A program made the position numbers and the translations under genes. A stretch of 60,514 bases of DNA, taken from positions 1-60,514 of IMG/VR virus record IMGVR_UViG_3300031951_000164; one strand, written 5' to 3'. The notes beneath the pieces were generated by a model. It saw only the letters and a program-made list of their open reading frames with translations, did no database searches and was not told the DNA's origin. Shown piece after piece: positions 42,831-51,487 of the stretch (the first letter of the stretch is position 1; every line of letters begins with the position of its first letter). The DNA comes from a virus (taxonomy: Duplodnaviria > Caudoviricetes).

Positions 42831-45149
42831 TCAAGCTGCCACCTGCTTAGCAAATTTCGCGAGAATGGCGCGGGAAGCGTGCTTATTGGTTTGCGACTTA
42901 GCGAACTTCTTAGCCATCTTAGAAGCATTTTCATCTTTGTCAATATGAAGACCACCAGCCCTCTTACCGAAGGCAACGTTCACGAAGTAATAAGAGTCAT
43001 ACCCCATGGACGGCATCTCAACAAATCCATCGTTGCGGAACCGAGAGCTTGCTCTTGAATATGCATCCCTATCAACGCAGCCAGAGAGATCGCGATTAGA
43101 GTTGCACAGATAAAATCCAATATGCTGCACCCCAGTCGCTTTCTTAACCAGCTCGGTCAGCAGAGTTTGCATTGGGAGTTCGCCTTTTCGATAGACTACT
43201 TTTTCGTTGCTCTTCTTTTCGCGAATGATGATTTTAGTTCCTGGTTGATGGGTCTCATACGGTCTTTCGAGATATGCAGATTGGTCGCCTGCGCCGTCGC
43301 TAACATACACAACATTGACGATATCGCTGTGATACTTGGCGCGAAACTCTTCGATCATCTTCAGTGAGCAAACGGTCGCCTCCATGAACGGAGTGGAGTT
43401 CATATCAAACCCACCATACAGTTTGTTGAAAGAAATTGAAGCATACTTCTTGATAGAAGGACTCCAGCCAGTTCCGCGATAGTAGTAATCGCCGCCGATA
43501 TATTTGCTCGCGATAAGAAGCATCTCGAATGCTTTTTTGTATTCGCGAACATTCATTTTGGATGTAATCAGTTCCTTCAGATGGAAGTGTTTGGTCTCAG
43601 CGAATTGCAGAGTTTGCCCCTGTACGGAATTGAACTTCTTCGCTGCGGTGAAGAATCGCTGGTATCCGCGAGAAGCTGAGTTGCAGAATCCGTAGACTTC
43701 AAACGGAATGTTAACAGCTTTGCAGAATGCAGTCAGAAGAAGGATCTGTTCCATGCTGGATTCAAAGTTCACCGTCATTGAACCAGACATGTCAAGATAC
43801 AGAACCATGCCGTGCGACTTACCCTTCTCGGTCGTCGTGACTTTACGGAAGATATCGTTGGTCATTTGAAACCGATGCAGCTTGCGAGTGTCCAGTTCAC
43901 CAGTGCGTGACACTCGCTCGCGGGCGTATTGGCTCGCGTTTTTGTACATCTCGAAGCTCTTGATAAGAAGAGAGATGTAAGATTTGTTTCTTGCATTGAA
44001 GTCTTGAACCATATCCTTCCCGAGCGATTCGATCGTGGTAATCTCTGGCATAACATTCTTATCGCTAAAACGACGAACGTCTTTATTGAACGAAACCAGA
44101 CTATCTCTCATCGCCTCGGAGAAATCGGAATAGGTTTCGGCGAAAGGCAGCACAATGTTTTTCATGATGGGATCAGGGAGATCGACATGAAAGATCTTGC
44201 TGTTCTTGTCTTCGATCAGTTCCTTCTCCCGCTCGCGGAAGATTTGATCGGTAACAGAATTGACTTCTTCTTGATCGCCATCGCCTTGCTGTTCGCGTTT
44301 GTTTTCGAGGATCTCTTTGATTTTCTCAGAGATTTCTTCGGAAGTAGGCTCGGTCGACTCGCCTTCGTCGGAATCAACATCGTCGTTGTAGTCGTCGCTG
44401 GATTCCATTCGGTCATATTGACCATCTTCATCGACTTCGTCACCTTCGCCCTCAGCTTCCATAGGAATGGACTGAGCCTCTTCTTCGATATCGTCGGAAC
44501 CGTCTTCGTTGAGGAAGTCCTCGAGACCATCAAGAACTTCTTTCAGATCATCCATGTTGTTGATCTTATCCTGTTCGTTGTTCTTGACATAATCGAACAG
44601 CTCTTGGCTAATGGTTACAGCATCAGCCCAATCGGTGATATTTTCAATTCGGTCGACCAGCTTCTGCTCTTCGGCAGTGAACTTGACGCCGAGCATCGAG
44701 CCAACCTTGAAGTGCAGGTTGATGCGGTCAACAAGGTTCAGGTGTTCGATAACTTCGCGGCGAGTGTTGATGCCGAAGAAGTCGCGGCGCATCAGTTCAG
44801 AATATGCAAGATAGAAGGAGCGGCGAAGACCAGGATACTTGTTCTTCTGCAGCTTCTCGATCCGCGCATCTTCGATGACGTTGAGCGTCGGCTTGAACTT
44901 GGGGTGCGCGTTGACAGTAACAGCGTCATGCCAACCTTCGGCGGGAGTATAAAGAGCATGACCCGTTTCGTGACCCATCAACAGATCGTACAGCGAACCG
45001 TCCATGTCTTGCCAGACGGGGCAGGTCAGAGTTCGGTTTTTGAGGTCGAACGACGCAGTCTGCGCTGCGGTTGAGTGAACGACATGAATATTCTCTTGAG
45101 AGAGAAGGCGAGCGAGAATCGACTTGGACTGTTTCAGGTCATGCATCAC
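42831..45149 (-). CDS. metallopeptidase-like / acidic linker / VWA protein (partner of the MoxR ATPase)
   Basis: HETGH, NVIEDARIE, long acidic tract, LDMSGSM MIDAS, VSDG. Confidence 0.85.
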   Translation of the reverse strand: MMHDLKQSKSILARLLSQENIHVVHSTAAQTASFDLKNRTLTCPVWQDMDGSLYDLLMGHETGHALYTPAEGWHDAVTVNAHPKFKPTLNVIEDARIEKLQKNKYPGLRRSFYLAYSELMRRDFFGINTRREVIEHLNLVDRINLHFKVGSMLGVKFTAEEQKLVDRIENITDWADAVTISQELFDYVKNNEQDKINNMDDLKEVLDGLEDFLNEDGSDDIEEEAQSIPMEAEGEGDEVDEDGQYDRMESSDDYNDDVDSDEGESTEPTSEEISEKIKEILENKREQQGDGDQEEVNSVTDQIFREREKELIEDKNSKIFHVDLPDPIMKNIVLPFAETYSDFSEAMRDSLVSFNKDVRRFSDKNVMPEITTIESLGKDMVQDFNARNKSYISLLIKSFEMYKNASQYARERVSRTGELDTRKLHRFQMTNDIFRKVTTTEKGKSHGMVLYLDMSGSMTVNFESSMEQILLLTAFCKAVNIPFEVYGFCNSASRGYQRFFTAAKKFNSVQGQTLQFAETKHFHLKELITSKMNVREYKKAFEMLLIASKYIGGDYYYRGTGWSPSIKKYASISFNKLYGGFDMNSTPFMEATVCSLKMIEEFRAKYHSDIVNVVYVSDGAGDQSAYLERPYETHQPGTKIIIREKKSNEKVVYRKGELPMQTLLTELVKKATGVQHIGFYLCNSNRDLSGCVDRDAYSRASSRFRNDGFVEMPSMGYDSYYFVNVAFGKRAGGLHIDKDENASKMAKKFAKSQTNKHASRAILAKFAKQVAA

Positions 45150-45172
45150 GAAGGTCTCCAGTTGATGCAGTC

Positions 45173-45201
45173 ATTATATAGGGTCTGAACTTGAAAGTAA
45201 A
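45173..45201 (-). promoter_or_regulatory. sigma70-type early promoter
   Basis: TTTACT-17-TATAAT. Confidence 0.75.
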
Positions 45202-45209
45202 GTGAAAAT

Positions 45210-45527
45210 TCAAAAGAGAACTCGATCCCAGACATCCATAAGACTTTTGTGGAATTGTGCAGTTTCAAATTTGGATAGGTTGATACATTTGAATTGAACG
45301 TATTGGTCGATGTACATGTCTCTTATCTTAGATAAGATCTTAAACGATTCAGGAGAGAATCCTTGTTTACTCGAATCAGCCTGATACGTCAGAAGCTCTT
45401 TAAAAAAGATAAGACTATCTTTCTCTGGACCCCACATTGATCGAATTCCAGCGGCAGCGCGTGGGTAGTCCGCCTGAAGCTGGTATATCAGCTCTTCTGC
45501 TTCAGGCGGAACCTTCATTATGAACAT
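45210..45527 (-). CDS. hypothetical protein
   Basis: YPR..IRSMWG..QGFSPE motif. Confidence 0.65.
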   Translation of the reverse strand: MFIMKVPPEAEELIYQLQADYPRAAAGIRSMWGPEKDSLIFFKELLTYQADSSKQGFSPESFKILSKIRDMYIDQYVQFKCINLSKFETAQFHKSLMDVWDRVLF

Positions 45528-45532
45528 GACTT

Positions 45533-45640
45533 TTACCAGACAAACCTAAAAATGCACACGGAAAATCCAACAAGGAATCCTACTGCGAAAGGAGCAGAAT
45601 AGAGGTCGAATGCTTCGTTGAAACGATCAAGGTTGCTCAT
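45533..45640 (-). CDS. small membrane protein
   Basis: MSNLDRFNEAFDLYSAPFAVGFLVGFSVCIFRFVW. Confidence 0.5.
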   Translation of the reverse strand: MSNLDRFNEAFDLYSAPFAVGFLVGFSVCIFRFVW

Positions 45641-45641
45641 T

Positions 45642-45830
45642 TCAGTTCCCGTTGTATTTGCCAGTGCCGTAACACATATAACAAGTATATAGATGACCTG
45701 ATTCTTCTTCGACTCCGTGGTCTCCCCAGCCGCCACAGCTGGTGCACTTATCCAATGCTTCGTGTTGAGATTCAAAGCACCACTCCAGCCAAGACGTAAC
45801 TGCTTCGATTCGACGATTGTATGCGTACAT
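45642..45830 (-). CDS. DnaJ-type zinc-finger miniprotein
   Basis: CTSCGGWG...CYMCYGTG. Confidence 0.7.
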   Translation of the reverse strand: MYAYNRRIEAVTSWLEWCFESQHEALDKCTSCGGWGDHGVEEESGHLYTCYMCYGTGKYNGN

Positions 45831-45922
45831 TAGTTCATCCCAAAAACAAAAAACGCAACTGATGATGCCAATAACATAGAGAGTGTTACATATCCCAAAA
45901 TAGAGAACATGAAATGTCTCAT
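45830..45922 (-). CDS. small membrane peptide (30 aa)
   Basis: MRHFMFSILGYVTLSMLLASSVAFFVFGMN, TAATG coupling. Confidence 0.45.
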   Translation of the reverse strand: MRHFMFSILGYVTLSMLLASSVAFFVFGMN

Positions 45923-45936
45923 ATCATCGCTGCGCT

Positions 45937-46122
45937 TCACATAGCCTCCTGGGCTTTCACCAACCACTCGCGGAGACGAACCCAGCGAGCTTTCTTCCCA
46001 TCGGAAAGAGTCTTGCGAGTCAGCACCACATCGACACGAGCAATCGCGTCTGAGTGAACCACCGCACCAGATTCGACCAGAGCCTTGATTTCCTTAGCAC
46101 TAGCAAGATTCAAATTACTCAT
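45937..46122 (-). CDS. hypothetical protein
   Basis: 61 aa, GGAG SD. Confidence 0.65.
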   Translation of the reverse strand: MSNLNLASAKEIKALVESGAVVHSDAIARVDVVLTRKTLSDGKKARWVRLREWLVKAQEAM

Positions 46123-46280
46123 TACACCTTCTCCTTGTCAAGATTTACGCGAGCTTCGCGAGCCTTTCGGTACGCATCCAATTTTTGACGACGCTTCTCC
46201 ATGACATCCGCAAAATTCACGGCTCCTGGGAGGCGATTGCGGCGACACACCGCCGCCAACCTGTCTTTTAAAGATTTCAC
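46122..46280 (-). CDS. small basic protein (52 aa, not in ORF track)
   Basis: GTG start overlapping upstream TGA, MKSLKDRLAAVCRRNRLPG..., TAATG coupling. Confidence 0.5.
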   Translation of the reverse strand: MKSLKDRLAAVCRRNRLPGAVNFADVMEKRRQKLDAYRKAREARVNLDKEKV

Positions 46281-46735
46281 GCTGCCTCACTCTTGTTGAA
46301 GAAACCATAGGGAAGACCGTGCTCATGGCACAGGAACTCCCAGTCGCCGTCGCAGATCGACGCGTCCATGATCCACCGCAGTGCGGTCTCACGATCGCGT
46401 GCACCATGCTCGATGGTCTTAGCGACCAGATGCTCGAACCGATCGATGGCGCGAGCATGCGCCTTACGCTCATGCTCCTGCTCCGCACGGAGCGCATCGA
46501 TCAGATCGTCCCAGATTTCCTGGCGACGCAGATCGCTCGCCTCTTCCCACATCGTCCACCAGTATTCGCCTGGGCGAAACCCGTAGGCGTCCTTGTGGAG
46601 GTCGGAAACGGTGTCAGCGTCGAAAGTGTACACGGGTGCCTCCTGGGCAGCTTGCCAATCATTGTAGGTGTCGAACGCAGCCCATTGCTGGTCCATGCGC
46701 GACATCCAGTCAGAGAACAGCGCTTCTTCGGTCAT
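46277..46735 (-). CDS. conserved hypothetical early protein
   Basis: SDLHKDAYGFRP..GARDRETALRWI..GLPYG motif; GC-rich; first gene after cassette 3. Confidence 0.75.
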   Translation of the reverse strand: MTEEALFSDWMSRMDQQWAAFDTYNDWQAAQEAPVYTFDADTVSDLHKDAYGFRPGEYWWTMWEEASDLRRQEIWDDLIDALRAEQEHERKAHARAIDRFEHLVAKTIEHGARDRETALRWIMDASICDGDWEFLCHEHGLPYGFFNKSEAA

Positions 46736-46766
46736 ATCAGACTCCGTTTTCCAAATCAACAGGGGT

Positions 46767-46890
46767 AGTATGACGGAGTTGAGTCTAGAAGTAAAGAAAA
46801 ATAACTATAGGAAAATCAATGACTTAGCATCGGGGTCGGCTAAGTCATTGATTTATAAGGAGATTCGTAAAACGGTAATTTTACGCTTTT
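46767..46890 (-). repeat. promoter/IHF-site cassette, copy 3 (short)
   Basis: TTTACT-17-CATACT (46767-46795); IHF sites at 46814 and 46841; box at 46873 overlapping the def stop codon. Confidence 0.85.
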
Positions 46891-47480
46891 TGCGCTTTTT
46901 CGAACCGTTCCAGCTTGGCTGCGTCTCTTGCCCGCCTCTTATGGATCTTGACCCGATCCTTGGCTCGCTGTAGCTTGATGGCAGGAACTCGCTTCGTGAA
47001 GCAAGTGCCGTTGAGGTGATCCATCTCATGTTGAATGATTCTTGCCGTGAACCCGTCGAAGGTTTCTTCCCTTTCGATGTTTCGCTCGTCGCGCCAACGA
47101 ACTTTTATTCTGCTTGCTCGCTTTACTCGCAAAAAGAGGTTTGGATATGTGAGGCAACCTTCTTGAATGTCATCGTTCTCGCCAGTAGTCTCAACGATCT
47201 CTGGATTGAAGAAGCAAAAGAATGTCTTGCCATGACCCATGACGAACACTCGATAAGGTAGACCGACTTGGTTAGCAGAAAGCCCCAGCCCTCCCTTCTC
47301 TGCCATAGTGTGGAGAAGAGAAGTCGCAAGTTGCGATGGGTGCATCGGCGGTCTATTGAAATCGAACTCTTGTGTTCTTTCCCAGAGAACCTTCGCGTGT
47401 GGAGGAACAAGATCATAGATCATATAGTCCATCATGTTGCCATCAACGTATTTTACAATTCGCTTACCCTTCGGTGTCAT
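46881..47480 (-). CDS. def: peptide deformylase
   Basis: GLGLSANQ, EGCL and QHEMDHLNG motifs. Confidence 0.93.
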   Translation of the reverse strand: MTPKGKRIVKYVDGNMMDYMIYDLVPPHAKVLWERTQEFDFNRPPMHPSQLATSLLHTMAEKGGLGLSANQVGLPYRVFVMGHGKTFFCFFNPEIVETTGENDDIQEGCLTYPNLFLRVKRASRIKVRWRDERNIEREETFDGFTARIIQHEMDHLNGTCFTKRVPAIKLQRAKDRVKIHKRRARDAAKLERFEKAQKA

Positions 47481-49204
47481 TATGCTATCTCCATTTGTGA
47501 GAAGTTCTTGACTTTCTCGAACTTCATTACTGTACCAAACTTATCTATCAATGCGTCAGTCTTGTGACTGATAACGAATATGTTAGAGTCTTCGCTGAGC
47601 TGATCAATCAGCTTCATCAACTCATCTGTTCCCGAAGAGTCAATCGCCCCATCGAAGATCTCATCCATGATCAACAGGTTTGTGTTGATCGAGTTTTTCA
47701 TGCGCGCAATTGCTCTGAACGTGAACAGAAGGCTCAGGTCAATTCTCATGCGCTCGCCTTCAGAGAAGTTGTCGTATGAGAAATCATCACGATGCCTAGA
47801 CTTAATCGTTTCCTTGAACTCTTCGTCCATCTCAAAGTTCACGAAGAAATCTAGCGAAGCAAGATACTTATTCACCAGCTTGTTAATGATCGGCAGATAC
47901 TGCTTAACAATACGAGCTTTGATGCCTGAGTCTTTCAACAGAATAGCCGCTGCTTCTGCGTATGCTTTCTCGTTAGAGATACGCTCACGTGTAGCAATCA
48001 GCTCCTGATACTTCGCATACAGCTCTCGCGCCAGCTTTTCTAGGTTGCCATCCATCGGCTTCTTGTTCTTGAGTTCTTCGATCTCTTTGTTCTGCTTCTC
48101 TACGTTCTTTCGCAGCTGCTTGATCGTAGCACCATATCTAGCAACCTCAGCCTGATGTTCATTGACCTTTGTAATTACATCTTGAATTTCTTTGTTTCTC
48201 GCAACCATTTTATTGAGCTGATCGTTGAGATCAACCAGACCATTGTCTATCTCTTCAACTTTCTTTTTTCGTCCAGCTGTGATGTTCTGCTTGAATGTTT
48301 GCGTTATCTCTTGAGTGCAAGTGGGACATTCGTCATGTTGCTCATAGAAGTCCAGGTCCTTCTGTATCTTCCTGCGCGTTTCGTTTATCTTGACGCTCAG
48401 TTTATTGAGAGAGCCAATCTTATCGACAACTGAATCCTTGTCGCGAATGCCATTCAGCAGCTGATCAGTATGCCGCTGTACCAACTCACACTTATGTTCA
48501 TGTTCTTCTATGTGTCGAAGGTTCTCGTCGCGGTCTTCAGTTTTCTTTTCAATCTCAGCATCAGCATTCTTCTTAGCATCTTCTATGAACTTCTTCTGTA
48601 GTTGAAGTTGCTGACTGATGCCTTCTAGAGCTGTCTTGTTTTCTACGCTTTCCAACTTGATCTGCGATAAGTTATCTTTGACGACTGAGTTCATCGAAGA
48701 AAAGATCTGTATGTCGAGGAGGTCTTCGATAATCGCTCTACGATCAGAAGCTGACAACTTCATGAATGGAACGAAAGAAGAACTGCCTAGTATGACGATC
48801 TGAGTGAACGCCTTGTAGTTGAACTTCAGAATAGAAGTTTCAAGATAACTCTGGTAGTCTTTCGTTGCTGCGTCTTGATCGATCAACTCGCCATCAAGAT
48901 ACATCTCAAACACGTTCGGTTTGATTCCGCGTCGTATCTTGTACTTCTTAGTTTGAATGGAGAACTCAAGTTCAACAAGGCAATCTTTCCCGTTGATTGA
49001 GTTGATTAGAAGAGGCTTGTTGATGTTACGAAAAGACTTGCCGAACAGAGAGAACGTCAGCGCATCAAGAACCGTTGATTTGCCTGAACCGTTCTTACCA
49101 ACAATCAGCGCGCTCTTGTGCTTGTTGAGTTGGATCTGATTCCAGCTGTTGCCAGTGGAAAGAAAGTTTTTCCACCGAACTGTCTCGAAAACAATTTGAG
49201 CCAT
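47480..49204 (-). CDS. 46: SbcC/Rad50-like recombination ATPase (gp46)
   Basis: GKNGSGKST, CPTC hook, FSEGE and MDE motifs. Confidence 0.95.
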   Translation of the reverse strand: MAQIVFETVRWKNFLSTGNSWNQIQLNKHKSALIVGKNGSGKSTVLDALTFSLFGKSFRNINKPLLINSINGKDCLVELEFSIQTKKYKIRRGIKPNVFEMYLDGELIDQDAATKDYQSYLETSILKFNYKAFTQIVILGSSSFVPFMKLSASDRRAIIEDLLDIQIFSSMNSVVKDNLSQIKLESVENKTALEGISQQLQLQKKFIEDAKKNADAEIEKKTEDRDENLRHIEEHEHKCELVQRHTDQLLNGIRDKDSVVDKIGSLNKLSVKINETRRKIQKDLDFYEQHDECPTCTQEITQTFKQNITAGRKKKVEEIDNGLVDLNDQLNKMVARNKEIQDVITKVNEHQAEVARYGATIKQLRKNVEKQNKEIEELKNKKPMDGNLEKLARELYAKYQELIATRERISNEKAYAEAAAILLKDSGIKARIVKQYLPIINKLVNKYLASLDFFVNFEMDEEFKETIKSRHRDDFSYDNFSEGERMRIDLSLLFTFRAIARMKNSINTNLLIMDEIFDGAIDSSGTDELMKLIDQLSEDSNIFVISHKTDALIDKFGTVMKFEKVKNFSQMEIA

Positions 49205-49210
49205 GTTACC

Positions 49211-50272
49211 TCATTGTCTAACGTGTGCTTCAACATACACTTCGCGCATGTATGTCTTGAGCTTTTCTTTGTCGAGATCAATTTGCAAACTATCAACATA
49301 TTTAGAAAGCGTGGTCATAGTATCGTCAGCCTGATCAATCACATCTTCGTCTGAGATCTGCGTGTAATCAGTGAAGTCTTCAACCACAGAAACATCATAT
49401 GGTTGACTCTTATACAATTTATCCATGAACACATCAAACAGATAAGGGTCAATCTTTTTAGCGACAATCACTTTCACTATCGTGTTAGTGTACTTGCTAA
49501 AGTTCTTGCTCTTAACTGTATCGACAGTTTCATGGTCGTCATTGTAAACAACCTTATGGAACATTTTAAATGGATTTTCGATGAAAGTCAACTCTCTTGT
49601 TTCTGTATCGAAGATATGGAATCCACGTTTGTCGTTGTAGTCTGACCAAGTCATTTCCCCTGGCGTTCCAACATAGTGTATGTTTCCAGAACTAGACTTG
49701 TGATGAAAGTGCCCAGAAAGAACAACATCATACTTGGCTAGAACGCTTCTGTCCATTCCCTCATGACAAATGTTTCCGCGATCCATCTCGAAACCAGCAA
49801 GCTCAAAGTGCCCCATGCAAATTTGAGAATTGCTGTTGAGAATAAACGCCATAACTTGTTGTTCGTTCTCTTCGCAAATCCATGGAATCAAGTCAACATC
49901 AACACCATCAAAAGTCATTGTCTCTGGATATGTGATGACATGAATGTTTTGATATTCACGAAGCGTCAGCTCGATGGAGTTTACCTTCAACGTGTTCTTA
50001 AAGAAGATGTCATGGTTGCCAACTAACGTTGTAAGTTGGATGTTATTAAACTCAAGCATATCAAAGAAGTATTGCTTGGACAGATACAGAGTATTGTAGT
50101 TAACATACTTCCGTCGATCGAACAAATCACCGAGCTGAATGATTTTTCTTATTCCCATTTCACGAAGAGTCGGTAATAATGTTTCCTGATAGAACTTCTT
50201 GTAGTAATTGTGGAAATGAAGCGAATCATTCCTCATGCCAAAATGTGTGTCTCCAACAATTGCTATCTTCAT
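49211..50272 (-). CDS. 47: SbcD/Mre11-like nuclease (gp47)
   Basis: GDTHFG, GDLFDRR, GNHD and SGHFH motifs. Confidence 0.95.
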   Translation of the reverse strand: MKIAIVGDTHFGMRNDSLHFHNYYKKFYQETLLPTLREMGIRKIIQLGDLFDRRKYVNYNTLYLSKQYFFDMLEFNNIQLTTLVGNHDIFFKNTLKVNSIELTLREYQNIHVITYPETMTFDGVDVDLIPWICEENEQQVMAFILNSNSQICMGHFELAGFEMDRGNICHEGMDRSVLAKYDVVLSGHFHHKSSSGNIHYVGTPGEMTWSDYNDKRGFHIFDTETRELTFIENPFKMFHKVVYNDDHETVDTVKSKNFSKYTNTIVKVIVAKKIDPYLFDVFMDKLYKSQPYDVSVVEDFTDYTQISDEDVIDQADDTMTTLSKYVDSLQIDLDKEKLKTYMREVYVEAHVRQ

Positions 50273-50470
50273 TTACGCCTCATTCGTTGTAGGAAGAGCT
50301 TTCCCATCAAAGTCTACAGTAGAATGTAGAAGTTGGTTGTCGAGGCGGAATCCTCCAATATTGTGATTTCTTACGAGATATTTTTTTCGTACAATATTCT
50401 CATCGACATACTCCACCAACACCACGCTGTTTGTTACTTTATCCCAAGCGTAATCTCCAACCTTAAACAT
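50273..50470 (-). CDS. small SH3-like hypothetical protein
   Basis: MFKVGD start, GGAGGAG SD. Confidence 0.55.
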   Translation of the reverse strand: MFKVGDYAWDKVTNSVVLVEYVDENIVRKKYLVRNHNIGGFRLDNQLLHSTVDFDGKALPTTNEA

Positions 50471-51056
50471 CTGTTTCTCCTCCAACGTCAAAAGCTACAG
50501 GATCTTCCTCGTCGAACAATAATTCTAACTTAGTTTTCTTCGCTTTACTACTCTTCAATTTGTTTTTTCTATTCGTTTCTTCATAGTTATCTATGAACTC
50601 TGAAATGTTCTCATACATCTCAAACTGTGCAGAAACCATTCCATTTTCTTCAAGATCGCTCTTTTCGTTGTCGTCTAGAACTCCGAACTGTTCATAAGAC
50701 TTATATTTTACATAGAGCTGTTTCTTTTCTTTTTGAATTCGACGAAGAAACGCATAATAGATGATCTGAGTAAAGTATGCAAACGGATTGCTTGATTTGT
50801 CTGGATCGAAGTTATGAAAGTACATAATGCAGTTTTCGATAGCATCGCCAATCATCTCATCCTTAAATGTATAAGCATAGAAGTTTGGTTTGTTAGCAAG
50901 GTTCTTTGCGATCAACATCAAACACGTTGCCATGTAATCTGGGATCTTTGGAATCGGTTTGTTCTCTGCTCGACATTCAGCGCAGATAGCCCTATAGTTT
51001 TTGATAGCCTGCAGGAACTCGGCGTTATCTACATAATGATTTTTAGCAACTTTCAT
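50463..51056 (-). CDS. 55: late sigma factor (gp55)
   Basis: HYVDNAEF, KPNFYAYT..EMIGDAIENC and NPFAYFTQIIYYAFLRRIQKEKKQ. Confidence 0.95.
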   Translation of the reverse strand: MKVAKNHYVDNAEFLQAIKNYRAICAECRAENKPIPKIPDYMATCLMLIAKNLANKPNFYAYTFKDEMIGDAIENCIMYFHNFDPDKSSNPFAYFTQIIYYAFLRRIQKEKKQLYVKYKSYEQFGVLDDNEKSDLEENGMVSAQFEMYENISEFIDNYEETNRKNKLKSSKAKKTKLELLFDEEDPVAFDVGGETDV

Positions 51057-51487
51057 TTCGGTTCCTCCGGAGTCTTAGGTTCTTTCTTCTTGATTCCAAG
51101 AGAGAATACGTTCTCGCCGATTTTCTCTGGTTTTCTTTCCTCTTCTTCATCCGCATCATAATCTGACATGTCATCTTTCATGTCTTCGATTGCTTGCAAA
51201 TAGTGCGGAATAAATGTCGGAGAAACCTCGGAGTACATGATCATGTCTTCAATGTAAACCTCAGTGGAATGACTTTTTACTACACCGACTGGGAGCCATG
51301 GTTGCATGTAGAGAATTTTTCTAGGAGGATCAACTTCTGTATCAAATATAGCATGAATTGCCATAGGTTTAGTGAGATAAAAGTCACCAATCTGATCTCC
51401 ATCATCTTCCAGAATTGACGCTTCTGAAATGACTTCTTCGCCTGATTTGAACTTCATGTATAGAACATACGGCTTCTCGTCACTCAT
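51053..51487 (-). CDS. conserved Sm-like hypothetical protein
   Basis: KFKSGEEVI..QPWLP; conserved position between uvsW and 55. Confidence 0.65.
   Translation of the reverse strand: MSDEKPYVLYMKFKSGEEVISEASILEDDGDQIGDFYLTKPMAIHAIFDTEVDPPRKILYMQPWLPVGVVKSHSTEVYIEDMIMYSEVSPTFIPHYLQAIEDMKDDMSDYDADEEEERKPEKIGENVFSLGIKKKEPKTPEEPK

Noticed and set aside
43929-45074. 381 aa plus-strand ORF
   Set aside because: Antisense shadow of the VWA-peptidase; its hydrophobicity mirrors the acidic codons on the coding strand
41583-45149. CobS/CobT cobalamin biosynthesis serving the B12-dependent RNR
   Set aside because: No CobN or other cob genes; the architecture fits the generic phage MoxR-VWA pair
46138-46497. 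119 aa minus-strand ORF from the track
   Set aside because: Out-of-frame overlap with 46277..46735; the coupled 46122..46280 ORF explains the interval
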